NCBI GenBank assembly: GCA_963848295.1 | Contig: CAWKDB010000010.1 | Location: forward strand, 2,912,001 to 2,976,000 | Length of the DNA stretch: 64,000 nt | Direction: 5' to 3' | Origin: an uncultured delta proteobacterium | GTDB lineage: Bacteria > Myxococcota_A > Polyangia > Haliangiales > Haliangiaceae | Shown: positions 10,882 to 19,228 of the stretch, piece after piece | Layout of the letters: each line of letters opens with the position of its first letter | Position numbering within the stretch: position 1 is the stretch's first letter | The notes under the pieces: generated by a model | What the model was told of the DNA's origin: nothing | Seen by the model: the letters and a program-made list of their open reading frames with translations, nothing else | Databases searched by the model: none | Position numbers and translations under genes: made by a program

Positions 10882-13743
10882 ATGTCCCTGTGGTCGCGGC
10901 TCGAGCGCAGGCTCGGCGATCTCGCCGGCGAGCTCGTGCTCGACGACTATCGCGACCAGCTCAACCAAGCGCGCGGGCTGATCGCGAAGGGCGACGTCAG
11001 GACCGCGATCGACGTGCTCGAAGCGCTGCTCGCGGTCAAGCCCGACCACGGCCAGGCGCTGATCGTGCTCGGTGAGGCCCGGCTCGCCCAGCGCGAGCCC
11101 GCCGCCGCACGCGACGCATTCGAGCGTGCACTCGCGATCCGCGGCGGTGACCCCGCAGCGCTCGTCGGCCTCGGGCTCGCGCTGATCGAGCTCGCGAGCT
11201 TCGAAGTCGCGATCAGCACTCTCGGCCGCGCGGTCGGCGAAGCAGCGGGTGATCGGTCGATCCTCGCGGAGGCCTATCGCGGCTTGGGCGTCGCCTGGCG
11301 CCGCCGCGGCGATCTCGACAAGGCGATTCGCGAGCTGCGCAAGGCAGTCACCGAAGATGGCGACGACCTCGATGCGCGCGCCGCACTCGGCGAAGCGCTC
11401 GTCGCCGATGGTGGCCCCTACGACGAAGCGCTGCGTCACCTCGAGCGCGCCGCGAAAGGCGATCGAGCACTCGCGCTCTACGGTCTCGGCCGGCTCGCGC
11501 TGATCGAAGGCGCACCCGCGACTGCCGCCGACCGGCTCGCGAATGCGCGCGCGTTTGCGGATGCTGACCCGACACCGCTCGGCGCGCTCGTGCGCTCGGA
11601 GATCTCGCTCGCGCAGGGCGACGCGGCCCTCGCCGACGGCGACGCGATCCACGCGCATGCGTTCTATCTCGAGGCGCTGCAAGCCGATCCTCGACGCGCC
11701 GAGGTTCACGCACGAATCGCGCGAGCGCATCGAGTGGTCGGTAGCCTCGACGCCGCGCTCACGAGCTACGATCGCGCCCTAGCCCTCGGCGGTGACGTCG
11801 CGGTGTTGCGCGATGCGGTCGACACGGCGCTCGCCGCCGGCGATGCCACGCGCGAGCTCGCATGGGGCAACGATCTGCTCGGCAAAGACCCCGAGGACTT
11901 GCGCGCGATCGTGGCGCGCGGAGCGGCGATGGCTCGCGAGCAGCCGAGCGCGGCGCGGGCGTTGCTCGAGCTAGCCTCCGCTCGCGACGACGTCGATGCG
12001 CATGTCGAGCTCGCCAAGCTCGCGCTCGCGCCCGGACCCGCTCACGATCCGAGGCTAGCCGCCGAGCACGCGAAAGCCGCGCTCCGAGTCGCACCCCACG
12101 ATCAGCGCGCGCGGCGCGTGCTCACCGACGCGCGGGCCGCCGAGCTGCCGCCGCCGTCGGGCTCGGACATCGCCGAGCTCGCGCAGTTTCTCGAGCGCGC
12201 CGTCGCCACCCGGCGCGAGCTCGGTCACTTCGTCGGCGAGGTCGCGCGTGCCGCGGCGAATCTCGATCAACCTTTGCTCGTGACCGTGATGGGCGAGTTC
12301 TCGAGCGGCAAGTCGTCGTTCGTCAATGCGTTCATCGGCGCGGACGTAGCGCCGACGGGAATCACCCCGACGACCGCGACGATCAACGTCGTGCGCTACG
12401 GCCACGAGCGCGGCGGCCGCATCCTCGGCGCCAGCGGTGGCACTGCGGTCGAGCTCGGCTGGGACGCCTTGATGGCGCACCTTCGCGCGCTGACACCGGA
12501 GGCCGCGCGCGCGATCGATCGGGTCGAGATCCTCGTGCCGCTGGCCCAGCTCGAGAAGATAAACATCGTCGATACGCCGGGCCTCAACTCGATCCTGCCC
12601 GAGCACCAAGCGACCGCTCGCGCGTTCATCGCACGCGCCGATGCAGTCGTGTGGGTGTTCACCGCGTCGCAAGGCGGCAAGGCGAGCGAGCAGAAAGCCC
12701 TGCGCTCCATCCGCGACGAGGGCAAGCGCGTGCTCGGCGTGCTGAACAAGGCCGACCAACTGTCCGACAGCGAGCGCGCGGAGGTCGTCGAGTTCATCAC
12801 GGCGACCCTGGGCGAGCTCGTCGAGGTCGTCGTTCCATTCTCGGCGCGCAAGGCGCTCGCGAGCAAGCGCGGAGAACCCGGCGCGACCGACGACGGCAAC
12901 TGGAGCGCGCTCCAGTCGGCGCTCGAAGAGCGCTTCTTCACGCAGGCCCGTCAGCTCAAGCGCGATGCGTGTGCGCGCGTGTTGCGCGGGGTCGTCAGCC
13001 AGGCGCGAACGGTGCTCGATGCCGATCGCACGCGAACCTCCGCCGCGAGCGATGCCGCGCGCGCCGGGCGCGATGAGCTCCTCGCCTCGGCGCGCAAGCT
13101 CGACCTCGAGCTCGTGCTCGGGGAACGTAAAGCGCTGTCGGACCATGCGAGCACCCTTTACCGCCGCGCCGCGCGCGAAGTGATCGACCTCGTGCGACCG
13201 CGTCGCCTGCCGTTCTCGTCACATACTGCCACCGCCGCCGATCGCGATTACGTGATCGCGTTGCTCGCGTCGGGTTACGAGTCGGCAATCGAAGCGGCGC
13301 GTGCGCGGGTCGCGAAAGAGCTCGCAGCTCGGGCTCGCGTGCTGCAGCCTGCGGCCCGCGCGATCGCGCAGGCGTCGGGGCGTGACGTTGTCGGCGACCT
13401 CCAGCGCGTCGCCGCGGACCAGATCGGCCTGGCGCTGTCTCGCGTGTTCGATCGCGCGCGGGCCTACGTGCGCGGCTACCTCGAGGGCGGTTACGTCGAG
13501 GCGTTCTTTCGCAATGACGTGCCGCGGCTCGAGCTCGCCGAAGATGCGGTCTATCACGCGCTCGTCCGCGGGGCCCCCGATCTCGATCGCGAGCTTTCCG
13601 AGCCACTGATCCGCGCCGCGACCGACGCGCTCACCGCGATCGCCGAACGGCTCGATCATTGGGGCGCGGTGATCGACGTTCAGGCTTTTGATCTCGACGC
13701 GGGGATAGGTCGAGCTCTCGAGATCGTCAGCTCTCGGTTATGA
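10882..13743 (+). CDS. TPR-repeat / dynamin-like GTPase fusion (DLP2)
   Basis: About 450 aa of TPR-like repeats, then GEFSSGKS, PTT, DTPG, NKAD. Confidence 0.88.
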   Translation: MSLWSRLERRLGDLAGELVLDDYRDQLNQARGLIAKGDVRTAIDVLEALLAVKPDHGQALIVLGEARLAQREPAAARDAFERALAIRGGDPAALVGLGLALIELASFEVAISTLGRAVGEAAGDRSILAEAYRGLGVAWRRRGDLDKAIRELRKAVTEDGDDLDARAALGEALVADGGPYDEALRHLERAAKGDRALALYGLGRLALIEGAPATAADRLANARAFADADPTPLGALVRSEISLAQGDAALADGDAIHAHAFYLEALQADPRRAEVHARIARAHRVVGSLDAALTSYDRALALGGDVAVLRDAVDTALAAGDATRELAWGNDLLGKDPEDLRAIVARGAAMAREQPSAARALLELASARDDVDAHVELAKLALAPGPAHDPRLAAEHAKAALRVAPHDQRARRVLTDARAAELPPPSGSDIAELAQFLERAVATRRELGHFVGEVARAAANLDQPLLVTVMGEFSSGKSSFVNAFIGADVAPTGITPTTATINVVRYGHERGGRILGASGGTAVELGWDALMAHLRALTPEAARAIDRVEILVPLAQLEKINIVDTPGLNSILPEHQATARAFIARADAVVWVFTASQGGKASEQKALRSIRDEGKRVLGVLNKADQLSDSERAEVVEFITATLGELVEVVVPFSARKALASKRGEPGATDDGNWSALQSALEERFFTQARQLKRDACARVLRGVVSQARTVLDADRTRTSAASDAARAGRDELLASARKLDLELVLGERKALSDHASTLYRRAAREVIDLVRPRRLPFSSHTATAADRDYVIALLASGYESAIEAARARVAKELAARARVLQPAARAIAQASGRDVVGDLQRVAADQIGLALSRVFDRARAYVRGYLEGGYVEAFFRNDVPRLELAEDAVYHALVRGAPDLDRELSEPLIRAATDALTAIAERLDHWGAVIDVQAFDLDAGIGRALEIVSSRL

Positions 13744-13753
13744 TGCGCCGATC

Positions 13754-14464
13754 ATGCCCCGCACCGGCAAGCGTTCGCCCACGCGGTTCCCGAATCGACT
13801 GACGCTCGGCATCGACGAAGCCGGGCGTGGCCCGACGATCGGCCCGATGGTAATGGCCGCGGTCGCGCTCGATTCGAAGCACGCTGCGGCGCTGACCCGC
13901 AAAGGCCTACGCGACTCGAAGTCATATGGCGCCGGCGACGACGCGCATGCGATCCGCAGCGAGCTCGCGCTCGAGATCCGCTCGAGGGCGACATTCGTGA
14001 TGGCGGTCGAGATCGAGCATCACGAGATCGATCAGCGCGTCTGCCGCGGTGAGCTCAATGTCCTCGAGCGCGAGCATGCGACGGTCCTCATCGAGAACGC
14101 GCCGACCTGTGACAAGATCATCGCCGACGGCAAGCGCATGTTCGCGGCGCTCGCGCTGCGCTTCGAGCAGTTCGTGTCGGTCGACCACGCCGAGGACGCG
14201 CACGCCGCGGTTGCGGCGGCTTCGGTGATCGCGAAGGTCATCCGCGACGATCGGTTCAACGCGATCCGCCGCCGCTACGAGCCCGAGCTCGGCCCGATCT
14301 CCGGCGGCGGCTACTCGAACGCCGCGACGAGCCGCTGGCTACGCGCCTACGTCGAGCGCCACGGCTGCTTGCCAGATGAAGCTCGTAAGAGTTGGCCGTA
14401 CCCGCACCTCGCCGATCTGCTCGGCCACGTCCGCCCGCTCGAGCCGCAGCTCACGCTCATCTGA
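13754..14464 (+). CDS. rnhB: Ribonuclease HII
   Basis: GIDEAGRGP, LRDSK, VAAASVIAKVIRD. Confidence 0.9.
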   Translation: MPRTGKRSPTRFPNRLTLGIDEAGRGPTIGPMVMAAVALDSKHAAALTRKGLRDSKSYGAGDDAHAIRSELALEIRSRATFVMAVEIEHHEIDQRVCRGELNVLEREHATVLIENAPTCDKIIADGKRMFAALALRFEQFVSVDHAEDAHAAVAAASVIAKVIRDDRFNAIRRRYEPELGPISGGGYSNAATSRWLRAYVERHGCLPDEARKSWPYPHLADLLGHVRPLEPQLTLI

Positions 14465-14470
14465 TCGGCA

Positions 14471-14524
14471 GAGCTCGATGGGTCGCACGAGCTCGACGGC
14501 TCGCACGAGCTCGACGGCTCGCAC
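14471..14524. repeat. 18-bp tandem repeat x3 (GAGCTCGAYGGSTCGCAC)
   Basis: Read directly, intergenic. Confidence 0.85.
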
Positions 14525-14534
14525 GGCACCCTAA

Positions 14535-14631
14535 GTTGACAAAAGAGACAGCGTCCCCAAGAAAGCGGCTCGAAATCATCGGGTTAGACGCCGGGCTCTC
14601 CCGCGCAAGTTGACAAAAGAGACAGCGTCCC
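14535..14631 (-). repeat. Paired 24-bp direct-repeat element (14535-14558, 14609-14631)
   Basis: GTTGACAAAAGAGACAGCGTCCC(C) twice on + strand, period 74 bp; abuts anti-sigma stop codon. Confidence 0.95.
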
Positions 14632-15509
14632 TATTTCGTCGCGCACTTGGCGATGGCTGGGTCGGCGGCGAGCTGTCTCGACTGGGGACCGCCGACTCGC
14701 GCGCTGATCGCGTTCGCCTCGGCGCAATCGCCCCGCGCTGCAGCGGCTCGCGCCCGGGCGACGAGATCGTCGGGAGCTAGCGTCCGGTCGCGCGCGACTG
14801 GGCTCTTTGTCGCGTCTTTCGGCGCGGGCAGCCGGGGAGATTGCTGTTCGCTGTCATCCAGACCAGCCGCGTCGGTCGCGGGACTCTCGGTGTCAGGTGC
14901 GAGCTGCGGCGTCGACCGTGGCCGCGGTGCGTACGCCGGCTTCTTCGGCGGCGTGCTGTGGTGTTCCGTGGGGGCGAGTTGCGGCGTCGATGGCGAGCCC
15001 ACACTCCCAGTCCCGTCGGCAGGTGACGTTACCGGTGCGGTCTCGGTCTCGTGTTGGGCCTCCCCGCCAGTTACCGCTTTGTCGCTCTGCCTTTGCGATG
15101 TCGCGGCGCCGTTGCCACCCGGCGCAGAAGACACGCCCGATGGCGTGGCGGTCGATCGATCGATTTCGCCCGACGGCGCAGCAGCCGGAGTTTCCTTCGT
15201 TCCGCTGGTCGGTGCGCTCGGAACGATCATCGGGCCCGACGGAGCGATGCCATCGCCGCGACGGCCGATCGCGAGCGCACCGCCGATCACGACGAGCAAG
15301 GTCGCGAAAGCGAGGACGGGCGGCTTGCGCAGTTGCGCGAACAGCCGCCGCCACCACGGGGGGGGCGCTACGGCTTCGGCCCTCGCCCTTGCGGCCGCAA
15401 TCAGCTCGGCGATCCCCGCACTCGGTGGATCCTCGTCTGGCAGCGACAGCCAAACCGAGCGCAGCGCGCGAAGCTGCGCGTCTTCGGGCTCGGTGTCGTC
15501 GTCGTTCAC
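14631..15509 (-). CDS. Putative anti-sigma factor (single TM, low-complexity periplasmic part)
   Basis: Overlaps ECF sigma stop; N-terminal helix, PWWRR then TM. Confidence 0.7.
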   Translation of the reverse strand: MNDDDTEPEDAQLRALRSVWLSLPDEDPPSAGIAELIAAARARAEAVAPPPWWRRLFAQLRKPPVLAFATLLVVIGGALAIGRRGDGIAPSGPMIVPSAPTSGTKETPAAAPSGEIDRSTATPSGVSSAPGGNGAATSQRQSDKAVTGGEAQHETETAPVTSPADGTGSVGSPSTPQLAPTEHHSTPPKKPAYAPRPRSTPQLAPDTESPATDAAGLDDSEQQSPRLPAPKDATKSPVARDRTLAPDDLVARARAAAARGDCAEANAISARVGGPQSRQLAADPAIAKCATK

Positions 15510-16108
15510 GGCGCAGCCTTGGCCAGATCCTTATATTCGTCGAGCTCCAGCCGCAGCTTCTCGAGCGCGTAACGCATGCGGCTCTTCACCGTGTTCTCAG
15601 GCACGCCGACGACATCTGCGATCTGCTTGAACGGCAGGTCGAGAAACTCGCGCATCAAGAAGACCTCGCGCTGATCTTCGGACAACGTCGCGATCGCACG
15701 CTGCATCGTCTCGTGCAGCTGCTTGTTGACGCTCTTGCGATCGCTGGCCATTTCATTCGACGGGAGGACATCAAGCAGAGTGCCGCTCTCTTCGCTCGCG
15801 TCCATCGGGGCATCGAGCGACGCGTGCTTTCTATGTTTGCGTCTCCTCGTCTGGTCAACGCACAGGTTGCGCGCAATGGTGTAAAGCCACGTCGTGAACT
15901 TGGCCTGGCGCTTGTAAGCCTCCGCGCCTTTGATGACGCGCATGAAAGCTTCTTGCAGCAGATCTTCGGACGTCTCGCGATCGCCGACGAACCGCAAGAT
16001 GAAGTTGAACACCGGCTTGCGATGCCGAGACAGCAGTACCTCGAAGGCGCGAACCTCGCCCTTCTGGTACATGACCATGAGGTCTTCGTCGGCTGTGTCG
16101 TTGAACAT
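15506..16108 (-). CDS. ECF RNA polymerase sigma factor
   Basis: EDLLQEAF, FTTWLYTIARNLC, IADVVGVPENTVKSR. Confidence 0.93.
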   Translation of the reverse strand: MFNDTADEDLMVMYQKGEVRAFEVLLSRHRKPVFNFILRFVGDRETSEDLLQEAFMRVIKGAEAYKRQAKFTTWLYTIARNLCVDQTRRRKHRKHASLDAPMDASEESGTLLDVLPSNEMASDRKSVNKQLHETMQRAIATLSEDQREVFLMREFLDLPFKQIADVVGVPENTVKSRMRYALEKLRLELDEYKDLAKAAP

Positions 16109-16167
16109 TACGGTGTTACGGCCCGGGCGACACTAACACGAAGGTAAACGTCCAAAGGCTAGACCGC

Positions 16168-16995
16168 TTACGGGGTCTGACACGTTGGACAGTAATACGT
16201 TGCCCTTCCTTGGACGACCGACCGGCGGATCTTCGTCGAACAGCGCACACAGGGCTCGCCGTTGCGGCCGTACACCCTGAGATAGTCCGCGTTCGACCCC
16301 TCGGCCCCCGCGGCATCGACGAAATCGCGCAGGCTGGTCCCGTGATTCTCGAGAGAATCCGCGAGCACCGTGCGAATCGCGTCGGCGAGCCGTGCCGCGC
16401 TGATTTCGGTCAAGCGGTGGGCGCGCGTCGTCGGGCGTAGGCGCGCGAGCCATAGAGCCTCCGACGCGTAGATGTTGCCGACACCGGCGAGCACGCGCTG
16501 GTCGAGCACGAACGCCTTGAGGGTCGCCTGCTTCTTGCGCGAGCGCGAGAACAGATGTGTTGCCGAGATCCCGTCGACGAGTGGATCCGGGCCGAGTGCA
16601 GCTAGCGCTTCGTGGTCGCGCTCGCGCACTCTCTCGACGACATCGATTCGGCCGAATCGACGCGCATCGACAAATCGTAGCTCGCGTTCATCAGCAAGGC
16701 CGAGCACGACGTGGGTGTGCTTCGCTCGCGGCGTCTGGTTACGAGCGATCAACAGCCGCCCGGTCATACCTAGATGGACGAGCAACAAACGGTTCGAGTC
16801 GCAGTCGACGAGCAAATACTTGCCGACTCGGCGCAACCCGGTGATTCGCGAGCCGACCAGCATCTGCAACGCCTTGCGCGGCGGCTTGCGCCGCATGTGG
16901 AGGCCCTTGCCGCTGTCCCAGACGCTCGTGATCGTCACGCCGACCACAGGCGCTAGCGTGCGACGAACGGTCTCGACCTCGGGCAGCTCGGGCAC
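16168..16995 (-). CDS. mutM: Formamidopyrimidine-DNA glycosylase
   Basis: N-terminal PELPEVE, HLGMTG, GVGNIYASE, C-terminal zinc finger. Confidence 0.96.
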   Translation of the reverse strand: MPELPEVETVRRTLAPVVGVTITSVWDSGKGLHMRRKPPRKALQMLVGSRITGLRRVGKYLLVDCDSNRLLLVHLGMTGRLLIARNQTPRAKHTHVVLGLADERELRFVDARRFGRIDVVERVRERDHEALAALGPDPLVDGISATHLFSRSRKKQATLKAFVLDQRVLAGVGNIYASEALWLARLRPTTRAHRLTEISAARLADAIRTVLADSLENHGTSLRDFVDAAGAEGSNADYLRVYGRNGEPCVRCSTKIRRSVVQGRATYYCPTCQTP

Positions 16996-17053
16996 GCGTC
17001 GTTGTTAGCACGCGTGAATCCTCGGGGCGGGAGCACGCCCAGGCCGCTTGGAA

Positions 17054-17151
17054 GGTGACGCTGTCTCTATTGTCAACTTGCGGGTCAGCGGGCTCGCGGT
17101 AACCCGGGGCAATCACGCGGGTTCGCTGGGGACGGTGTCTCTTTTGTCAAC
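17054..17151 (+). repeat. Paired 24-bp direct-repeat element (17054-17077, 17128-17151)
   Basis: Period 74 bp; second copy lies inside the rsmA 3' end. Confidence 0.95.
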
Positions 17152-18021
17152 TAACGCCGCTGCAAGGGCCGCGAACTCCGGGATGTCCAGAGTCTCGCCG
17201 CGGCGCATACCATCGATCGACGTGGCTGACAGCGCTGCGTCGACATCGACGTCGGGCCACCTAGCGCGCAGCGCATTGCGCAGGGTCTTTCGGCGTTGGC
17301 CGAAAGCGGCGTGAACGACGGCGGAGTAGTGCTCGTGGTCGGCGATCGACGCGCGCGGCTCGCGCAACGGGACCATCTTGATCACGGTCGAATCGATCTT
17401 CGGCGGCGGTAGGAACGAAGCCGAGCCCACCTTGATCACGGTCGTGATGTCCGCGTACGTGCGGAGCAAGACACCGATCGCGCCGTACTCCTTCGTGCCC
17501 GGCTTCGCGACGATTCGATCGGCCATTTCTTTTTGGATCATCATCACCGCGACCCGGACGATGTCGCGCGCCTCGATCACCTTGAACAGCACTTGCGACG
17601 CGATGTGATACGGCAGGTTCCCGCACACTGCGATCGATTGGCCGCTCCACTTCGCGACCATCCGCAGGTCGTAGCGCAGCGCATCGACTTGTTCGATGTC
17701 GAGGTTGTCGACGGTGCCGAGCTCCGCGCGGAGCACGCGGATCATGTCGGGGTCGGAATCGAGCGCGATGACTTTTCCCGCGGTGACGCGCTCGACGAGC
17801 CGCGCGGTCAACGTGCCGAGACCGGCGCCGATCTCGACGATCCAATCGTCGTCAGTCGCGACGACCGCGTCGGCGATCGCACGGAGCGCACGCTCGGACA
17901 GCAAGAAGTTCTGGCCGAACTGCTTTTTGGCCCGCAGGCCATAGCGCTCGAGCAACACGCGCGCGTCGGGGAACGGCCCGAGCGCCTGGGCGAGACTCGT
18001 GATCCGATCGTCGCCGCTCAT
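17113..18021 (-). CDS. rsmA: 16S rRNA m6,2A dimethyltransferase
   Basis: KKQFGQNFL, EIGAGLG, GNLPYHI, MIQKEMADR, FGQRRKTLRN; start uncertain. Confidence 0.95.
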   Translation of the reverse strand: MSGDDRITSLAQALGPFPDARVLLERYGLRAKKQFGQNFLLSERALRAIADAVVATDDDWIVEIGAGLGTLTARLVERVTAGKVIALDSDPDMIRVLRAELGTVDNLDIEQVDALRYDLRMVAKWSGQSIAVCGNLPYHIASQVLFKVIEARDIVRVAVMMIQKEMADRIVAKPGTKEYGAIGVLLRTYADITTVIKVGSASFLPPPKIDSTVIKMVPLREPRASIADHEHYSAVVHAAFGQRRKTLRNALRARWPDVDVDAALSATSIDGMRRGETLDIPEFAALAAALVDKRDTVPSEPA

Positions 18022-18069
18022 CGGGGCACCTGGCGACGGAACACTCGAGCCAACATCCATGGCCCCCGA

Positions 18070-18202
18070 GTTGACCAAAGAACCTTCGGTCCCAGAGGAC
18101 CCCAAGTTGACAAAAGAGACAGCGTCCCCAGCGAAGCCGCGTGATTGCGCCGAGTTAGCGGGAGCCCCGCCGGGCGCAAGTTGACAATAGAGACAGCGTC
18201 CC
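18070..18202 (-). repeat. Paired 24-bp direct-repeat element (18106-18129, 18180-18202) plus degenerate copy 18070-18093
   Basis: Period 74 bp; abuts tsaD stop codon. Confidence 0.95.
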
Positions 18203-19222
18203 TCATCGGGGGAGCGGCGCCGTCGGCGTCGCTTCGAGGGTCAGGTCGGCTCTTTCGCCACGGCGCAGCCGGTGGTAGCCGGCCGCCGCGATCATCGCGG
18301 CGTTGTCGGTGCATCGCTGTGGCGGCGGAATGTAGACGCGAAAATCACCTTCGGCACCCGCCGCGCGCAAAGCTGCCCTCAACCCCGAGTTTGCCGCGAC
18401 GCCACCACAGACTTGCACGTGCGCGAGCCCCAGCCGCCGCGCCGCGCGCCGCGTCTTGCGCACGAGCACCTCGACGATCGCGGCTTGATAGCTCGCGCAC
18501 AGGTCCGCGAGCGGCTGGCCGTCGGGCACGCCGTTGGCGCGTACCCGATGGAGCAGCGCAGTCTTGAGCCCGCTGAACGAAAAGTCGTCGCCGTGCTCGC
18601 TCGCGGTCATCGACCTCGGGAATTCGATCGCGCGCGGATCGCCGGCCTGCGCGATCCGATCGAGCACCGCGCCGCCGGGATAGCCGAGGCCGAGCAGCTT
18701 CGCGCCTTTGTCGAACGCCTCACCTGCCGCGTCGTCGCGAGTGGCGCCGAGCTCGAATACGCGACCGTGATCCTCCACGCGAACGAGCGAGGTGTGACCG
18801 CCCGAAACGATCAACGCGAGATGCGGCATCGGTGGAGGAGCGGGTTCGAGATAGATCGCCGAGAGGTGGCCCTCGAGATGATGGACGCCGACGAGCGGCT
18901 TCCCCGTCACCCAGGCGATCGCTTTCGCGGTCTGCATACCGACGAGCAGCGCGCCGATCAGCCCCGGTGCGTTCGTCACCGCGATGCCGTCGATATCGGC
19001 GAGCGAGTAGCCCGCGCGGTCGAGCGCGCTTTGCACGACCGGCACCACATTCTGGACATGCGCGCGCGACGCGAGCTCCGGCACGACGCCACCGTATTTC
19101 GCGTGTACGTCGTGCTGCGACGCGACGACATCCGAACGCACGACGCTTCCGTCGACGACGACCGCCGCAGCGGTCTCGTCGCACGAGCTCTCGATGCCGA
19201 GCACCGTGTTCACGGGCACCAC
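18203..19222 (-). CDS. tsaD: tRNA N6-threonylcarbamoyltransferase
   Basis: GIESSCDET, VPELASRAH, HHLEGH, SGGHT, TDNAAMIA. Confidence 0.97.
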   Translation of the reverse strand: MVPVNTVLGIESSCDETAAAVVVDGSVVRSDVVASQHDVHAKYGGVVPELASRAHVQNVVPVVQSALDRAGYSLADIDGIAVTNAPGLIGALLVGMQTAKAIAWVTGKPLVGVHHLEGHLSAIYLEPAPPPMPHLALIVSGGHTSLVRVEDHGRVFELGATRDDAAGEAFDKGAKLLGLGYPGGAVLDRIAQAGDPRAIEFPRSMTASEHGDDFSFSGLKTALLHRVRANGVPDGQPLADLCASYQAAIVEVLVRKTRRAARRLGLAHVQVCGGVAANSGLRAALRAAGAEGDFRVYIPPPQRCTDNAAMIAAAGYHRLRRGERADLTLEATPTAPLPR

Positions 19223-19228
19223 GCCCGG

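Noticed and set aside
14471..14524. 18-bp tandem repeat as part of the dispersed element
   Set aside because: Not seen at the other eight loci
14535..14631. Repeat as a sigma70 promoter because it contains TTGACA
   Set aside because: No consistent -10 hexamer 16-18 bp downstream, and TTGACA is mutated in some copies; not fully excluded at 46118-46141 or 17054
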